NCBI GenBank assembly: GCA_964607965.1
Contig: CAZSMH010000001.1
Location: 20,132-84,131, forward strand
Source: an uncultured Christensenellaceae bacterium
GTDB lineage: Bacteria; Bacillota; Clostridia; Christensenellales; SZUA-584
Length of the DNA: 64,000 nucleotides
Reading direction: 5' to 3'
The stretch's first letter is position 1; the number at the start of each line of letters is the position of its first letter. The notes below the pieces were generated by a model. It did not search any database. It saw only the letters and a list, made by a program, of their open reading frames with translations, and was not told the DNA's origin. Below are positions 26,109-35,682 of this stretch, piece after piece. Both the position numbers and the translations under genes were made by a program.

Positions 26109-26891
26109 ATGGAAGAGATAATAAACAGCGTGATGTCAAATGTCGACTATTTTGTGCTGATGTTTCTGCGCATAAGCGGGCTGCTTATTTCTTCTCCCAT
26201 ATTCGGCAGACGCAACTTGCCCAATATGTTAAAGATTGCGCTGTGCCTTTTGATTACTTATATAACATTTGCTTCATACCCGCAGGGTGTTGTGACATAC
26301 ACAGGTGCGGCCGGTTTTATACTTCTGTGTGTTAAAGAACTGCTCTTCGGACTGGCGCTGGGCTATGTTACGACGTTGTTTTTCTCAATAGTTCAGACAG
26401 CGGGCCAAGTGATGGATATGCAGATGGGTTTTGGCATGGTAAACGTGTTCGATGTACAGAGCAATATAAGCGTCCCGGTTACCGGCAATCTTTTGTATGT
26501 GGTACTGCTTATAACATTTTTCGGTGTGAATGGGCATATAAAGCTTATTCATATAATCCGCAGTACATTCGGACATATACCGGTGGGCGGAGTGGCGCTT
26601 AACCCGGCAATCGGTCTTGTAGCCCTTGAAGTGTTTGCGCTTGCATTTATGCTTTCGGTAAACGTAGCCATTCCATTGATAGCATCCGGCCTGCTTGGAG
26701 AGGTTGCAATGGGTTTTGTTGTGAGGGCTATACCGCAAATGAATGTGTTTGTTGTGGGTATACCTTTAAAAATAGCGCTCGGATTTTTGATGCTGCTGCT
26801 TATAATGCCCGTATTTATACACTTTACAGATACGATGTTTAGAAACATGTTTGTTTCTATAGACAGTATGATTGCGGGGCTTGCCGGATGA
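26109..26891 (+). CDS. fliR: Flagellar export apparatus protein FliR
   Basis: Polytopic membrane protein with the typical GQ.MD.QMGF motif; between fliQ and flhB. Confidence 0.9.
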   Translation: MEEIINSVMSNVDYFVLMFLRISGLLISSPIFGRRNLPNMLKIALCLLITYITFASYPQGVVTYTGAAGFILLCVKELLFGLALGYVTTLFFSIVQTAGQVMDMQMGFGMVNVFDVQSNISVPVTGNLLYVVLLITFFGVNGHIKLIHIIRSTFGHIPVGGVALNPAIGLVALEVFALAFMLSVNVAIPLIASGLLGEVAMGFVVRAIPQMNVFVVGIPLKIALGFLMLLLIMPVFIHFTDTMFRNMFVSIDSMIAGLAG

Positions 26892-27964
26892 GTCCGCAGC
26901 AGCAATCCGGAGAAAGAACGGAAAAGGCTACACCGCGAAAACGAAGGGAAGCAAGAGAAAGGGGACAGGTATACAAAAGTGTAGAAGTAATCACCGCATT
27001 GTCCCTGATGCTTGTTTTCGGAGTACTGGCAGTGTTCGGCGCGGGCATGGTCTCGAATATAAAAAAGCTGCTGACTTACTTTTTTACTGCAAGTGCGCCC
27101 GGTGATTTCTCCATAGCAGCTGCAACGGGTTACATGACAGATGCCGCATGGATGTTTCTACAGATAATGTTGCCGCTTTTGCTGGCGGCTTTTTTAGGGG
27201 GAATACTGTTCAATGTAGTTCAGGTAGGGTTTGTGTTTACAACAAAAGCGCTGCAGCCAAAGATGGAGCGTATAAGCATAGCGTCTGGCATAAAACGGAT
27301 TTTTTCGGTAAGAACGCTGCTTGACCTTGCAAAAGCAATTATAAAAATAACAATACTGGTTGTGGTGGCTTACGGTGAATACGAGCGTAATTTAAACGGA
27401 TTTGCATGGCTTATGCATGAAAATGTTGAAACGGCTGCAGCAAGTTTTACCGATACTTTAATCTCTGTTGCTTTCAGCCTGGGGATAGCGCTTGCGATAT
27501 TTGCGCCGTTTGACTATATGTTTCAGCGCTGGAAATACAACAAAGATTTGATGATGACAAAGCAGGAAGTAAAGGACGAGTACAAGCTGACTGAGGGCGA
27601 CCCTTTTATAAAGGGAAAAATTGCGCAGAAACAAAGGCAGATGAGCCGTATGCGCATGGTGCAGGCAGTTAAGGATGCGGACGTTGTTATCACAAACCCT
27701 ACGCATTATGCTGTGGCGCTGTCGTACAAAGAAGGCAGGAACACAGCGCCTGTGATTGTTGCAAAGGGTATGGATTATCTGGCGAAACGCATAAAAGAGG
27801 AAGCAAAAAAATACTTGGTAGAAATTGTTGAAAACAAGATATTGGCGCAGTCGCTTTACTTCTTTTGTGAGGTTGGCGATGAGGTGCCGGAAGAAATGTA
27901 TAAAGCTGTTGCCGAAGTTTTAGCTTATGTATACCGCTTGAAGAACAAAGGAGGACGTGCGTGA
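26888..27964 (+). CDS. flhB: Flagellar export switch protein FlhB
   Basis: N-terminus GERTEKATPRKRREARERGQV, four TM segments, autocleavage motif VVITNPTHYAVAL. Confidence 0.95.
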   Translation: MSPQQQSGERTEKATPRKRREARERGQVYKSVEVITALSLMLVFGVLAVFGAGMVSNIKKLLTYFFTASAPGDFSIAAATGYMTDAAWMFLQIMLPLLLAAFLGGILFNVVQVGFVFTTKALQPKMERISIASGIKRIFSVRTLLDLAKAIIKITILVVVAYGEYERNLNGFAWLMHENVETAAASFTDTLISVAFSLGIALAIFAPFDYMFQRWKYNKDLMMTKQEVKDEYKLTEGDPFIKGKIAQKQRQMSRMRMVQAVKDADVVITNPTHYAVALSYKEGRNTAPVIVAKGMDYLAKRIKEEAKKYLVEIVENKILAQSLYFFCEVGDEVPEEMYKAVAEVLAYVYRLKNKGGRA

Positions 27965-29994
27965 AATTCACGGATATTCTCGTGGCCGTACTGCTGCTGG
28001 CAATAATACTGATAATAATAATGCCGCTTTCCCCGGGGATGATGGATTTCTTTCTGATTGCAAATATCGCGATGTCCCTTCTTATACTGCTTATTACTCT
28101 TTATACAAAAACAACGCTTGAGTTTTCAACCTATCCGACGATGCTTCTTATAGTAACGCTGCTGCGGCTGGCGCTTAATATTTCTTCGACGCGCCTTATA
28201 TTAAGCAACAACGGGGATGCCGGAAACGTAATTAAAACGTTCGGCAGTTTTGTGGTAGGAAGCAACCTTGTTGTAGGCTTCGTTATTTTCCTAATTATTG
28301 TAGTGGTTCAGTTTGTGGTAATAACGAAGGGCGCAGAGCGCGTCGCGGAGGTATCGGCACGGTTTACGCTTGACGCAATGCCGGGCAAACAGATGGCAAT
28401 AGATGCAGATTTAAGCTCCGGACTTATTGACGAAGAACAGGCGAGGGAACGCAGACAGGATATACAGCGGGAAGCGGATTTTTACGGCGCAATGGACGGC
28501 GCATCAAAATTCGTTAAGGGCGATGCTATCGTCGGCATAATAATTACAGTCATAAATATTGTAGGCGGTATTATTATTGGTTTAACAAGTTCCGGCATGG
28601 GGTTTGATCAGGTAATACAGGTATATACGCTTGCTACGGTAGGAGACGGTCTTTGCAGCCAGATACCCGCGCTTTTAGTCTCTACAGCAACAGGTATCAT
28701 TGTGACCCGTTCCGCAACTAAAAAGAGTTTCGGACAGGATGTTTCAAAGCAGCTTTTCAGCCAGCCGTTCATATTTTATATACTTGGAGGAATGCTGGCT
28801 CTTATTGGGTTTATACCAGGTTTGCCCAATATACCGATATGGCTTGTCTCGATTGCTTTGGTGATTGCCGGATACATACGTAAGCAGCGTGACGCTAGGC
28901 TGGAAGAGGCTGAACAAAAAACAGAAGCCGAATCCACAGCGGCTGAGAAACGTAAACCGGAGAGCGTAACATCTCTGCTGCATGTTGATTTAATCGAAAT
29001 GGAGTTTGGCTACGGGCTTATATCGCTGGTGGATGCATCGCAGGGAGGCGATCTGCTTGACCGCGTTGTTATGATACGCCGTCAATGTGCGCTTGAACTT
29101 GGTATTATCGTTCCCATTGTCAGACTGCGTGACAATATACAGCTTGGCACTAAGGAATATGTAATAAAGATAAGGGGACTTGACGTGGCGCGCGGCGAAG
29201 TTATGCTGGGGCGCTATCTTGCGCTGAAACCCGAAGACGTGGACGAGCCCGTGGAAGGTATAGAAACAGTAGAGCCGGCATTCGGTCTGCCTGCCCTTTG
29301 GATTGAGGAAAAGGACAGAGAAAAAGCCGAGTTAAAAGGTTACACGACTATTGATGTGCCTTCAGTTATATCAACACACCTGATGGAAGTAATAAAACAG
29401 CATGCGGATGAGCTTCTCGGCCGTCAGCAGGTTCAGACTATTATAGACAATATTAAGAAACAGCAGCCCGCGCTCGTTGAGGAAGTTGTGCCAAAAATGT
29501 TTTCCATCGGTGAGGTACAAAAGGTGCTGGCAAATCTTCTGCGCGAAGGCGTATCTATACGGGATATAGGTTCAATTCTCGAAATACTCGGGGACTACGG
29601 AAACATTACGCGGGATACGGATTTGCTGACAGAGTATGTGCGTCAAAAGCTAAAGCGTGCGATTACAAAGAACTTTATACCGGACGGAAAAGCGCGCGTG
29701 ATTACTATTGACCCCGATGTGGAAAAAGCAATATCCGGCAGCATAAGACAGACAGATAAAGGCTCTTCCATGGCGCTTGAGCCTTCCCAGATACAGCAGG
29801 TGCTGAGCAACTTAAAGGATGCCGTAGAGCATTTCTTAAGCCTAGGCATACCGCCGATTGTTATTACATCGCCGCAAATTCGTAAGCATATAAAAAACCT
29901 CTCTGCACAGGTTTACCCGGAACTGGTCGTACTCTCATATAGCGAGCTTGAGCAGAATGTTGAAATATATTCAGACTGGACGGTGAGTTTTTAG
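27961..29994 (+). CDS. flhA: Flagellar export gate protein FlhA
   Basis: GTG start overlapping the flhB stop, AAAGGAGG SD. Motifs FVVITKGAERVAEV.ARFTLDAMPGKQMAIDADL, FYGAMDGASKFVKGDA. Confidence 0.95.
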   Translation: MKFTDILVAVLLLAIILIIIMPLSPGMMDFFLIANIAMSLLILLITLYTKTTLEFSTYPTMLLIVTLLRLALNISSTRLILSNNGDAGNVIKTFGSFVVGSNLVVGFVIFLIIVVVQFVVITKGAERVAEVSARFTLDAMPGKQMAIDADLSSGLIDEEQARERRQDIQREADFYGAMDGASKFVKGDAIVGIIITVINIVGGIIIGLTSSGMGFDQVIQVYTLATVGDGLCSQIPALLVSTATGIIVTRSATKKSFGQDVSKQLFSQPFIFYILGGMLALIGFIPGLPNIPIWLVSIALVIAGYIRKQRDARLEEAEQKTEAESTAAEKRKPESVTSLLHVDLIEMEFGYGLISLVDASQGGDLLDRVVMIRRQCALELGIIVPIVRLRDNIQLGTKEYVIKIRGLDVARGEVMLGRYLALKPEDVDEPVEGIETVEPAFGLPALWIEEKDREKAELKGYTTIDVPSVISTHLMEVIKQHADELLGRQQVQTIIDNIKKQQPALVEEVVPKMFSIGEVQKVLANLLREGVSIRDIGSILEILGDYGNITRDTDLLTEYVRQKLKRAITKNFIPDGKARVITIDPDVEKAISGSIRQTDKGSSMALEPSQIQQVLSNLKDAVEHFLSLGIPPIVITSPQIRKHIKNLSAQVYPELVVLSYSELEQNVEIYSDWTVSF

Positions 29995-31113
29995 GTGTTT
30001 GTCAAGAGATTTGTAGCAACCGATATGCAGGAAGCGATAAAAAAAATTCGCAAAGATTTTGGGCCCGATGCGGTTATACTCGACAGCAAACATGTGCGAG
30101 GCAAAGGCTTTAGAGGCTTTCTAAAGAAGAATGTCGAGGTTGTTGCTGCATATGAGCCACACAAAACAACGCCTGTGTTTCAACCGGTACAAGCAAATCC
30201 GGAGCCTGCTGTGCAAAAAAATGCAGCCATAGAACCGCTGGCAGAACAAATTGAATCTTTAAAGGGAATCGTAGCTGATATAAATAACAGGATAAGGCTT
30301 AATGCGCGCGATAATACGCTGTCTTTGCCGCCTGAGATATTGGAGTTATACCATGAACTGCTGGAAAGGGACGTATGTGAAGAACTGGCACACGAGCTTG
30401 TGACATTGACGCACGGTGTGCGCAGCAAAAAAGATTTGGAACTTGATGCTGTAGCCCAACAGATTGTAATGGACAGGCTGGGAGAACCGATGCCGATTAA
30501 GCTTAAAAAGTTTGAACAGACAGTGCTGCTGTTTGCAGGACCTACGGGGGCTGGAAAAACAACGACTCTGGTCAAACTGGCTGGACGGCTCGCGCTTGAT
30601 CAGAACCAAAAAGTCGGGCTTATAAATATGGACACATACCGGGTGGGTGCTATGGAGCATATGAAAATATACTCTGATATCATGGGCATTCCTCTAAAGA
30701 CTGCTTACAATGCAAGAGAGTTAAAAACAGCTGTGGAAGCTTTAGCGGACAGAGACGTTATACTGATCGATACTGCAGGAAAAAGCGTTAGCGATGCCTC
30801 TTACAGAAAGGAGCTGCAGGATTACATGTCCGCCGCCAATGTGGATGAAGTTTATCTTGTACTAAGCATTGTAACCAGCAGCAGGGTATGTAAAGATATA
30901 ATACGCAACTATTCGTTCATACCAAATTACAGGCTTATAGTAACAAAGCTGGATGAAGTGGGTTCGTGGGGAAACATCTTAAATATCGCAGATTATGCAA
31001 AAAAGCCGCTTTCGTATATTACAATGGGGCAGAATGTGCCCGATGATATAAGCCAGGTAGATGCAGAAAAGCTGGCTGACAATATCATTGGCAGACGAGA
31101 GGTTGTGTTATGA
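29995..31113 (+). CDS. flhF: Flagellar SRP-like GTPase FlhF
   Basis: GTG directly after the flhA stop. Basic N-terminal domain MQEAIKKIRKDFGPDAVIL; GTPase motifs GPTGAGKTTT, DTAG, TKLDE. Confidence 0.9.
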   Translation: MFVKRFVATDMQEAIKKIRKDFGPDAVILDSKHVRGKGFRGFLKKNVEVVAAYEPHKTTPVFQPVQANPEPAVQKNAAIEPLAEQIESLKGIVADINNRIRLNARDNTLSLPPEILELYHELLERDVCEELAHELVTLTHGVRSKKDLELDAVAQQIVMDRLGEPMPIKLKKFEQTVLLFAGPTGAGKTTTLVKLAGRLALDQNQKVGLINMDTYRVGAMEHMKIYSDIMGIPLKTAYNARELKTAVEALADRDVILIDTAGKSVSDASYRKELQDYMSAANVDEVYLVLSIVTSSRVCKDIIRNYSFIPNYRLIVTKLDEVGSWGNILNIADYAKKPLSYITMGQNVPDDISQVDAEKLADNIIGRREVVL

Positions 31114-31976
31114 TGGATCAGGCTGAGAGCCTTCGCAGGCAGATGATTGTTCAAAAGAAAAAAACAAAAATAGTAACAATAACAAGCGGCAAAGGGGGCG
31201 TGGGAAAATCCAGCCTTGCGCTTAATCTTGGAATAGGTTTGAACAGGCGGGGAAACCGGGCTATGATTATTGATACGGATTTCGGTTTTTCCAATATTGA
31301 CGTTATGCTTGGAGTGCGAACACAATACGATTTGATGGACGTTATTGATAACCGAAAGGAAATAAGCGATATTATTGAAACCGGGCTCGAAGGAGTGCAA
31401 TTTATTTCAGGTGGCTCGGGGGTATACGAACTTACTAAGCTTGACTCTAACCGGCTTATGCATATGGTCAGCAGCCTTTTTGAACTGGAAAGTGCTTGTG
31501 ATACGATTATCTTTGATACCGGCGCTGGCTTTTCGGATAATTCGCTGCGGCTTATTAATGCCAGCCATGAAACAGTACTGGTTACGACTGCTGAGCCTAC
31601 GGCTGTTGTGGATGCATATGCGCTTTTAAAAATGGTGCACGAACAGGGCGAAAGCCCGTGCGTAAGCCTTGTGCTTAACAAGGCGGATGACATACGCGAG
31701 GCGGATTCTGTGATGGATGGGCTGATACGTATTGTTGGGAAGAACACAAACATAAAAATGCGAAAATTGGGTATTATTCCGCGCGATATTAATATGCAGC
31801 ATGCAATAAAAAAGCAGGTGCCCATACTTGTCGGGCACCCGAAATGTGCAGCCTCGGTGCAGTTAAACGAAATTGTGCAGAGATTTTTAAGCGTACCGCC
31901 TGCCGAACGCAGAAAATTCGGACTTGCCGTTTTTCTTGATAAATTTATGGCGAGAAATGACATTGTTAAGGAGTAG
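31110..31976 (+). CDS. flhG: MinD/ParA-type ATPase FlhG (YlxH/FleN)
   Basis: Deviant Walker A SGKGGVGKS; C-terminal amphipathic tail; overlaps the flhF stop. Confidence 0.9.
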   Translation: MMDQAESLRRQMIVQKKKTKIVTITSGKGGVGKSSLALNLGIGLNRRGNRAMIIDTDFGFSNIDVMLGVRTQYDLMDVIDNRKEISDIIETGLEGVQFISGGSGVYELTKLDSNRLMHMVSSLFELESACDTIIFDTGAGFSDNSLRLINASHETVLVTTAEPTAVVDAYALLKMVHEQGESPCVSLVLNKADDIREADSVMDGLIRIVGKNTNIKMRKLGIIPRDINMQHAIKKQVPILVGHPKCAASVQLNEIVQRFLSVPPAERRKFGLAVFLDKFMARNDIVKE

Positions 31977-31982
31977 ATTGTT

Positions 31983-32624
31983 GTGCGGTTAGAAAAAATC
32001 GTAAAAATCGGCGAATTGTTAGAGTTTAATATTAACGGAAAGACTTACAGGACAAAACTTCAGGATATTAACGGCGATTTGTTTACTGTGTTTAATCCTA
32101 CGGATAGGGGAATTCCGGTACCGATTTCGCAGCAAGATATAATCAATGTAAGATTTTATCGCACTTCCGGAGTATTTGTTTTTGATGCGCAGATGCAGGA
32201 GAGATTTACAAAAGGCAGATTACAGCTTTGCAGACTTTTGATTGCTTCGGAGGTTAAAAAATTTCAGAGGCGCCAAAGTTACAGACTTCCTATTGTACTT
32301 CGGGTTTTGATTTGGCGTGTGGATGACGAGGAACAAAAAAAGTATAAGGCGAAAACAGTTGATATATCGGAACACGGCATACTTCTCACCTGTTATGACG
32401 TATTTCCAAAAGGGACTAAGCTGTGTGCTGAAATTAATATGACAGATAAGGAAAAGAGAATATTTGAAGCGGAGGTACTACGTTGTGAGCAGCCGTTCAA
32501 TGACAGCGAGCCTAAAAAGATGGTGTTGATGTATATTAACATATCGGAAAGCGACAGAAATTATCTGGGGCGTTTTATTATGCGGCAGCAGATACTAGCA
32601 CGAAAAAAGGGTACCAGGATGTGA
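31983..32624 (+). CDS. YcgR-like PilZ-domain protein (putative c-di-GMP flagellar brake)
   Basis: GTG start after an AAGGAG SD; PilZ motifs RRQSYR (RxxxR) and DISEHG (DxSxxG). Confidence 0.8.
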   Translation: MRLEKIVKIGELLEFNINGKTYRTKLQDINGDLFTVFNPTDRGIPVPISQQDIINVRFYRTSGVFVFDAQMQERFTKGRLQLCRLLIASEVKKFQRRQSYRLPIVLRVLIWRVDDEEQKKYKAKTVDISEHGILLTCYDVFPKGTKLCAEINMTDKEKRIFEAEVLRCEQPFNDSEPKKMVLMYINISESDRNYLGRFIMRQQILARKKGTRM

Positions 32625-32628
32625 AAAG

Positions 32629-33402
32629 ATGAACACTGAACAAAGCGCACAGCGGCTATGGCAAAAATATGACAGAGAAAGAACGCTGGAAAATAAGAAC
32701 GAATTGGTGCTGCACTATCTTCCGCAGGTCAAAAGCATTGTACTGCGGCTTATGCCTATTTATAAAGCATACAGCAACTATGACGATATGTTAAGCTGCG
32801 GCATACTCGGACTTATGGATGCTATCGAAAAGTATGATACCAAACGCGATGTTAAATTTGAATACTACGCAGCAATGAGAATAAAAGGAGAGATTATAGA
32901 CAATATACGGAAACAAGACTGGGCGCCGTCCAGCCTGCGGCGCAAAATAAAGGCGATAAGCCAAGCGTACTATGATTTAGAAAACCGTTATAATCGGGAG
33001 CCTACTGATAAAGAGGTGGCTGATTATCTTAATATCGATGAGGATGATCTTTTCAGCACACTTGGAAAATCACAAATGTTCAACATCATTCATTTTGAAG
33101 AACTGATTCAAAACGATGCTGTTTGGGAACTTGGCATACAGAGCCAGGGACTATCTCCCGAAGAGGAAGTGGAAAGCCGTGAGATGGTGCATATACTCGG
33201 GGATTTGATTGATAACCTTCCTGAAAAAGAAAAGCTTGTTATAACGCTGTATTATTATGAGGAAATGACTTTAAAAGAAGTGGCTGCTGTTATTGGGGTG
33301 TCGGAATCCCGGATATCACAGATACACTCCAAAGCAGTGATGAGACTTAGGTCGAAAATGCAGTTTGTCGGGGTATACGAGAACGCAAAGGCACGCGGAT
33401 AA
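32629..33402 (+). CDS. fliA: Flagellar sigma factor sigma28 (FliA/SigD)
   Basis: Region 2 (YDDMLSCGILGLMDAIEKYD...F..YA..RIKGEI.D..RKQDW) and region 4 HTH (LKEVAAVIGVSESRISQIHSKA). Confidence 0.95.
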   Translation: MNTEQSAQRLWQKYDRERTLENKNELVLHYLPQVKSIVLRLMPIYKAYSNYDDMLSCGILGLMDAIEKYDTKRDVKFEYYAAMRIKGEIIDNIRKQDWAPSSLRRKIKAISQAYYDLENRYNREPTDKEVADYLNIDEDDLFSTLGKSQMFNIIHFEELIQNDAVWELGIQSQGLSPEEEVESREMVHILGDLIDNLPEKEKLVITLYYYEEMTLKEVAAVIGVSESRISQIHSKAVMRLRSKMQFVGVYENAKARG

Positions 33403-33422
33403 AATCAAGGGGTGTTGTTGAT

Positions 33423-34085
33423 ATGGGTATTACTGAATACGCTTTTGTTACATATGTATTCATATTGCTGTGTTTTGGTATATGGCTGTATGGAAAGTTT
33501 ATACATGCTACACATAGAAAAAGCTCAAAAAAACAAGGCGGTGACTATGAAAAAGAGCAAAGACTTTTTAAGCTGTATCAGAACATTGAAGATATGCTTG
33601 CAAGCTTTGAAGAATTTGCAGACGAGGCTCGTGCGGATATTGAACTGAAAAAATCAGAGATAAAAGAAATGCTTGACGAGACAAAACATATCAGCAAGAC
33701 TGCACAAAATGTAGAATCGACCGATGTTTTTTTAAAGTCTAGCGTGTCGGAAACGCTTCCGGAGGTGACCGCCGCTAACGCAGCTGCATTAGCGGCATAT
33801 AAAGCTGCTGCCAATATTAAAATGGTGGCTGAGGCGGCACTTGAAACACCGGAAGAAAAAGCGGATATTAATGAAAAGGTTGCTGATAACGATAAAGAGC
33901 AGGGGACAGAAAAAAACAGTGTTGTCGCTAACGGGTTGTCATCGCTTGAGAGAGTACAGCTTAAAATACCCGACAAAGTTGCGGAAATGAGTGCGAAGGG
34001 CATTGATATTAACGATATTGCCAAGCAGCTTAATATTTCCGTGCGCGAGGTAGCGCTTGCAATGAAAATAAAGAAAGTACAATAA
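33423..34085 (+). CDS. Hypothetical membrane-anchored coiled-coil protein with C-terminal HTH-like segment
   Basis: N-terminal TM (FVTYVFILLCFGIWLYGKF), charged helical middle, C-terminus GIDINDIAKQLNISVREVALAMKI. Sits immediately after fliA. Confidence 0.55.
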   Translation: MGITEYAFVTYVFILLCFGIWLYGKFIHATHRKSSKKQGGDYEKEQRLFKLYQNIEDMLASFEEFADEARADIELKKSEIKEMLDETKHISKTAQNVESTDVFLKSSVSETLPEVTAANAAALAAYKAAANIKMVAEAALETPEEKADINEKVADNDKEQGTEKNSVVANGLSSLERVQLKIPDKVAEMSAKGIDINDIAKQLNISVREVALAMKIKKVQ

Positions 34086-34101
34086 CTGCTTAACAAAAAC
34101 C

Positions 34102-34129
34102 TAAAGTGGAGTTGAGGTTTTGCCGATAA
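34102..34129 (+). promoter_or_regulatory. Sigma28 (FliA/SigD) promoter
   Basis: cTAAAGt (TAAA 34102-34105), 16-nt spacer, GCCGATAA (34122-34129); 19 nt upstream of the ATG at 34148. Confidence 0.75.
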
Positions 34130-34147
34130 GAATTATGAGGTGGTTAA

Positions 34148-34903
34148 ATGCTCAGAAGCTTTTATATTGCAGGCACAGGCATGTTGGCTCAAAGAGCCAG
34201 AATGAATGTCTTGACGAATAATATAACTAACATAGATACAACAGGTTATAAAAAAGATGCGATTGTCTCCCGATCGTTTGCAGATTTGTTAATACAGAAC
34301 AAAAAGGATCCGTACTTGCTTAATAAATCAGCATTAATAGGTCCGCAGAATACCGGAGCCCATGTAGATATTATTGCAACCGTATTTTCTCAGGGAGATC
34401 TTGAGGAAACAAGGCGGCAAACGGATTTGGCGCTGGAGGGGCAGGGCTTTTTTACAGTACAGACTAATGAGGGGAACAGATATACCCGTGACGGCAGTTT
34501 TTCCGTAGGAAATGACGGTTGCCTTATAACCGGCGACGGCTGTTATGTATCTGGATATAACGGAAGAATATATGTGGGCCACGGCTCGTTTGCTGTTGAC
34601 ACACTGGGAAATGTGACCGTAGATGGACAAATAACAGACAGACTAAGAATCGTTGATTTTGATGATTTATCCGGGCTTAGGAAAACAGGCGAGAATCTGT
34701 ATGCCAATTACTCGAATCAGCCGGTCAGACAGGCACAAAACGTTAAGGTTATGCAAGGATATCTTGAGGTTTCAAATGTTAACATGGCGGACGAAGTAGT
34801 AAACATGGTTGAAGTAAACCGCGCTTTTGAGATGAATCAGCGGGTGCTTAGGATAATTGATGAATCACTGTCAAAGTCAGTTAACGAAGTAGGAAGGGTA
34901 TAG
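34148..34903 (+). CDS. Flagellar basal-body rod protein, FlgF/FlhO-like paralog
   Basis: N-terminus AGTGMLAQRARMNVLTNNITNIDTTGYK and C-terminus QGYLEVSNVNMADEVVNM+EVNRAFE; GAGGTGG SD. Confidence 0.8.
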   Translation: MLRSFYIAGTGMLAQRARMNVLTNNITNIDTTGYKKDAIVSRSFADLLIQNKKDPYLLNKSALIGPQNTGAHVDIIATVFSQGDLEETRRQTDLALEGQGFFTVQTNEGNRYTRDGSFSVGNDGCLITGDGCYVSGYNGRIYVGHGSFAVDTLGNVTVDGQITDRLRIVDFDDLSGLRKTGENLYANYSNQPVRQAQNVKVMQGYLEVSNVNMADEVVNMVEVNRAFEMNQRVLRIIDESLSKSVNEVGRV

Positions 34904-34913
34904 GGTGGTCGGA

Positions 34914-35666
34914 ATGCAGACTTTATACGCGGCAGGGCTTGGCGTTAAGATGCAGCAGCATCGTGTGGGTGTAATCGCAAACAATATTGCGAATATAAAT
35001 ACTGCAGGATTCAAAAGCCAGCGGGTCAGCTTTAAAGATGCGCTGTATACTGAATTGATAAATCCCGCAGACACGGCGAGTACCGAAAATCTGCAGCAGG
35101 GTACGGGTGTTTTGATAGTCTCCACTTCCAGGGATTTTTCCTTTGGGAATCCGCTTAATACCGGCAATTCTCTTGACTTATATATTGACGGCAACGGGTT
35201 TTTTACAGTGGCCGACAGCGACGGTGAAATAATGTATACGCGCAATGGGTGTTTCGGCGTTTCCAGCGAAGCGGACGGTCGTTATCTGGTAACCGCGCAA
35301 GGAAATTACATTCTGGATACCGACAATAACCGTATAAGCGTACCTTTGAATACGGATCAGATTACGGTCAGTCCGGAGGGATTGATAGCATTTGACGGTG
35401 TTTCAGCTGCAACTTTGCGGATAGTTGATTTTATGAACAAAGAAGGATTGCTGGCACAGGGAAACGGATGCTATATCGAGACGGAAGTGTCCGGACCGCC
35501 CGTGGCCTCGGAGGCACAAATATCGCAGGGGGTTATGGAGTCTTCAAATGTTGATTTGGCTGTTGAACTATCAAGATTGATTCGTGCCCAAAGAGCGTTT
35601 TCGCTTGCAGGAAGGGCTGTGAGCATATGGGATCAGATGGCGTCAAACGCTAACAATATAAGATAA
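34914..35666 (+). CDS. flgG: Flagellar distal rod protein FlgG/FlhP-like
   Basis: ATG 34914 is preferred (AGGGTGG SD); an in-frame GTG at 34905 is also possible. IANNIANINTAGFK ... QGVMESSNVDLAVELSRLIRAQRAF. Confidence 0.8.
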   Translation: MQTLYAAGLGVKMQQHRVGVIANNIANINTAGFKSQRVSFKDALYTELINPADTASTENLQQGTGVLIVSTSRDFSFGNPLNTGNSLDLYIDGNGFFTVADSDGEIMYTRNGCFGVSSEADGRYLVTAQGNYILDTDNNRISVPLNTDQITVSPEGLIAFDGVSAATLRIVDFMNKEGLLAQGNGCYIETEVSGPPVASEAQISQGVMESSNVDLAVELSRLIRAQRAFSLAGRAVSIWDQMASNANNIR

Positions 35667-35682
35667 ATACAAGGAGGCATAA

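Noticed and set aside
31151-31963. A 270-aa ORF on the minus strand spanning almost all of flhG.
   Set aside because: It is fully antisense to a gene with clear MinD/FlhG motifs. Its translation is Ser/Ile/Phe/Thr-rich and low-complexity, there is no SD, and it is a typical shadow ORF.
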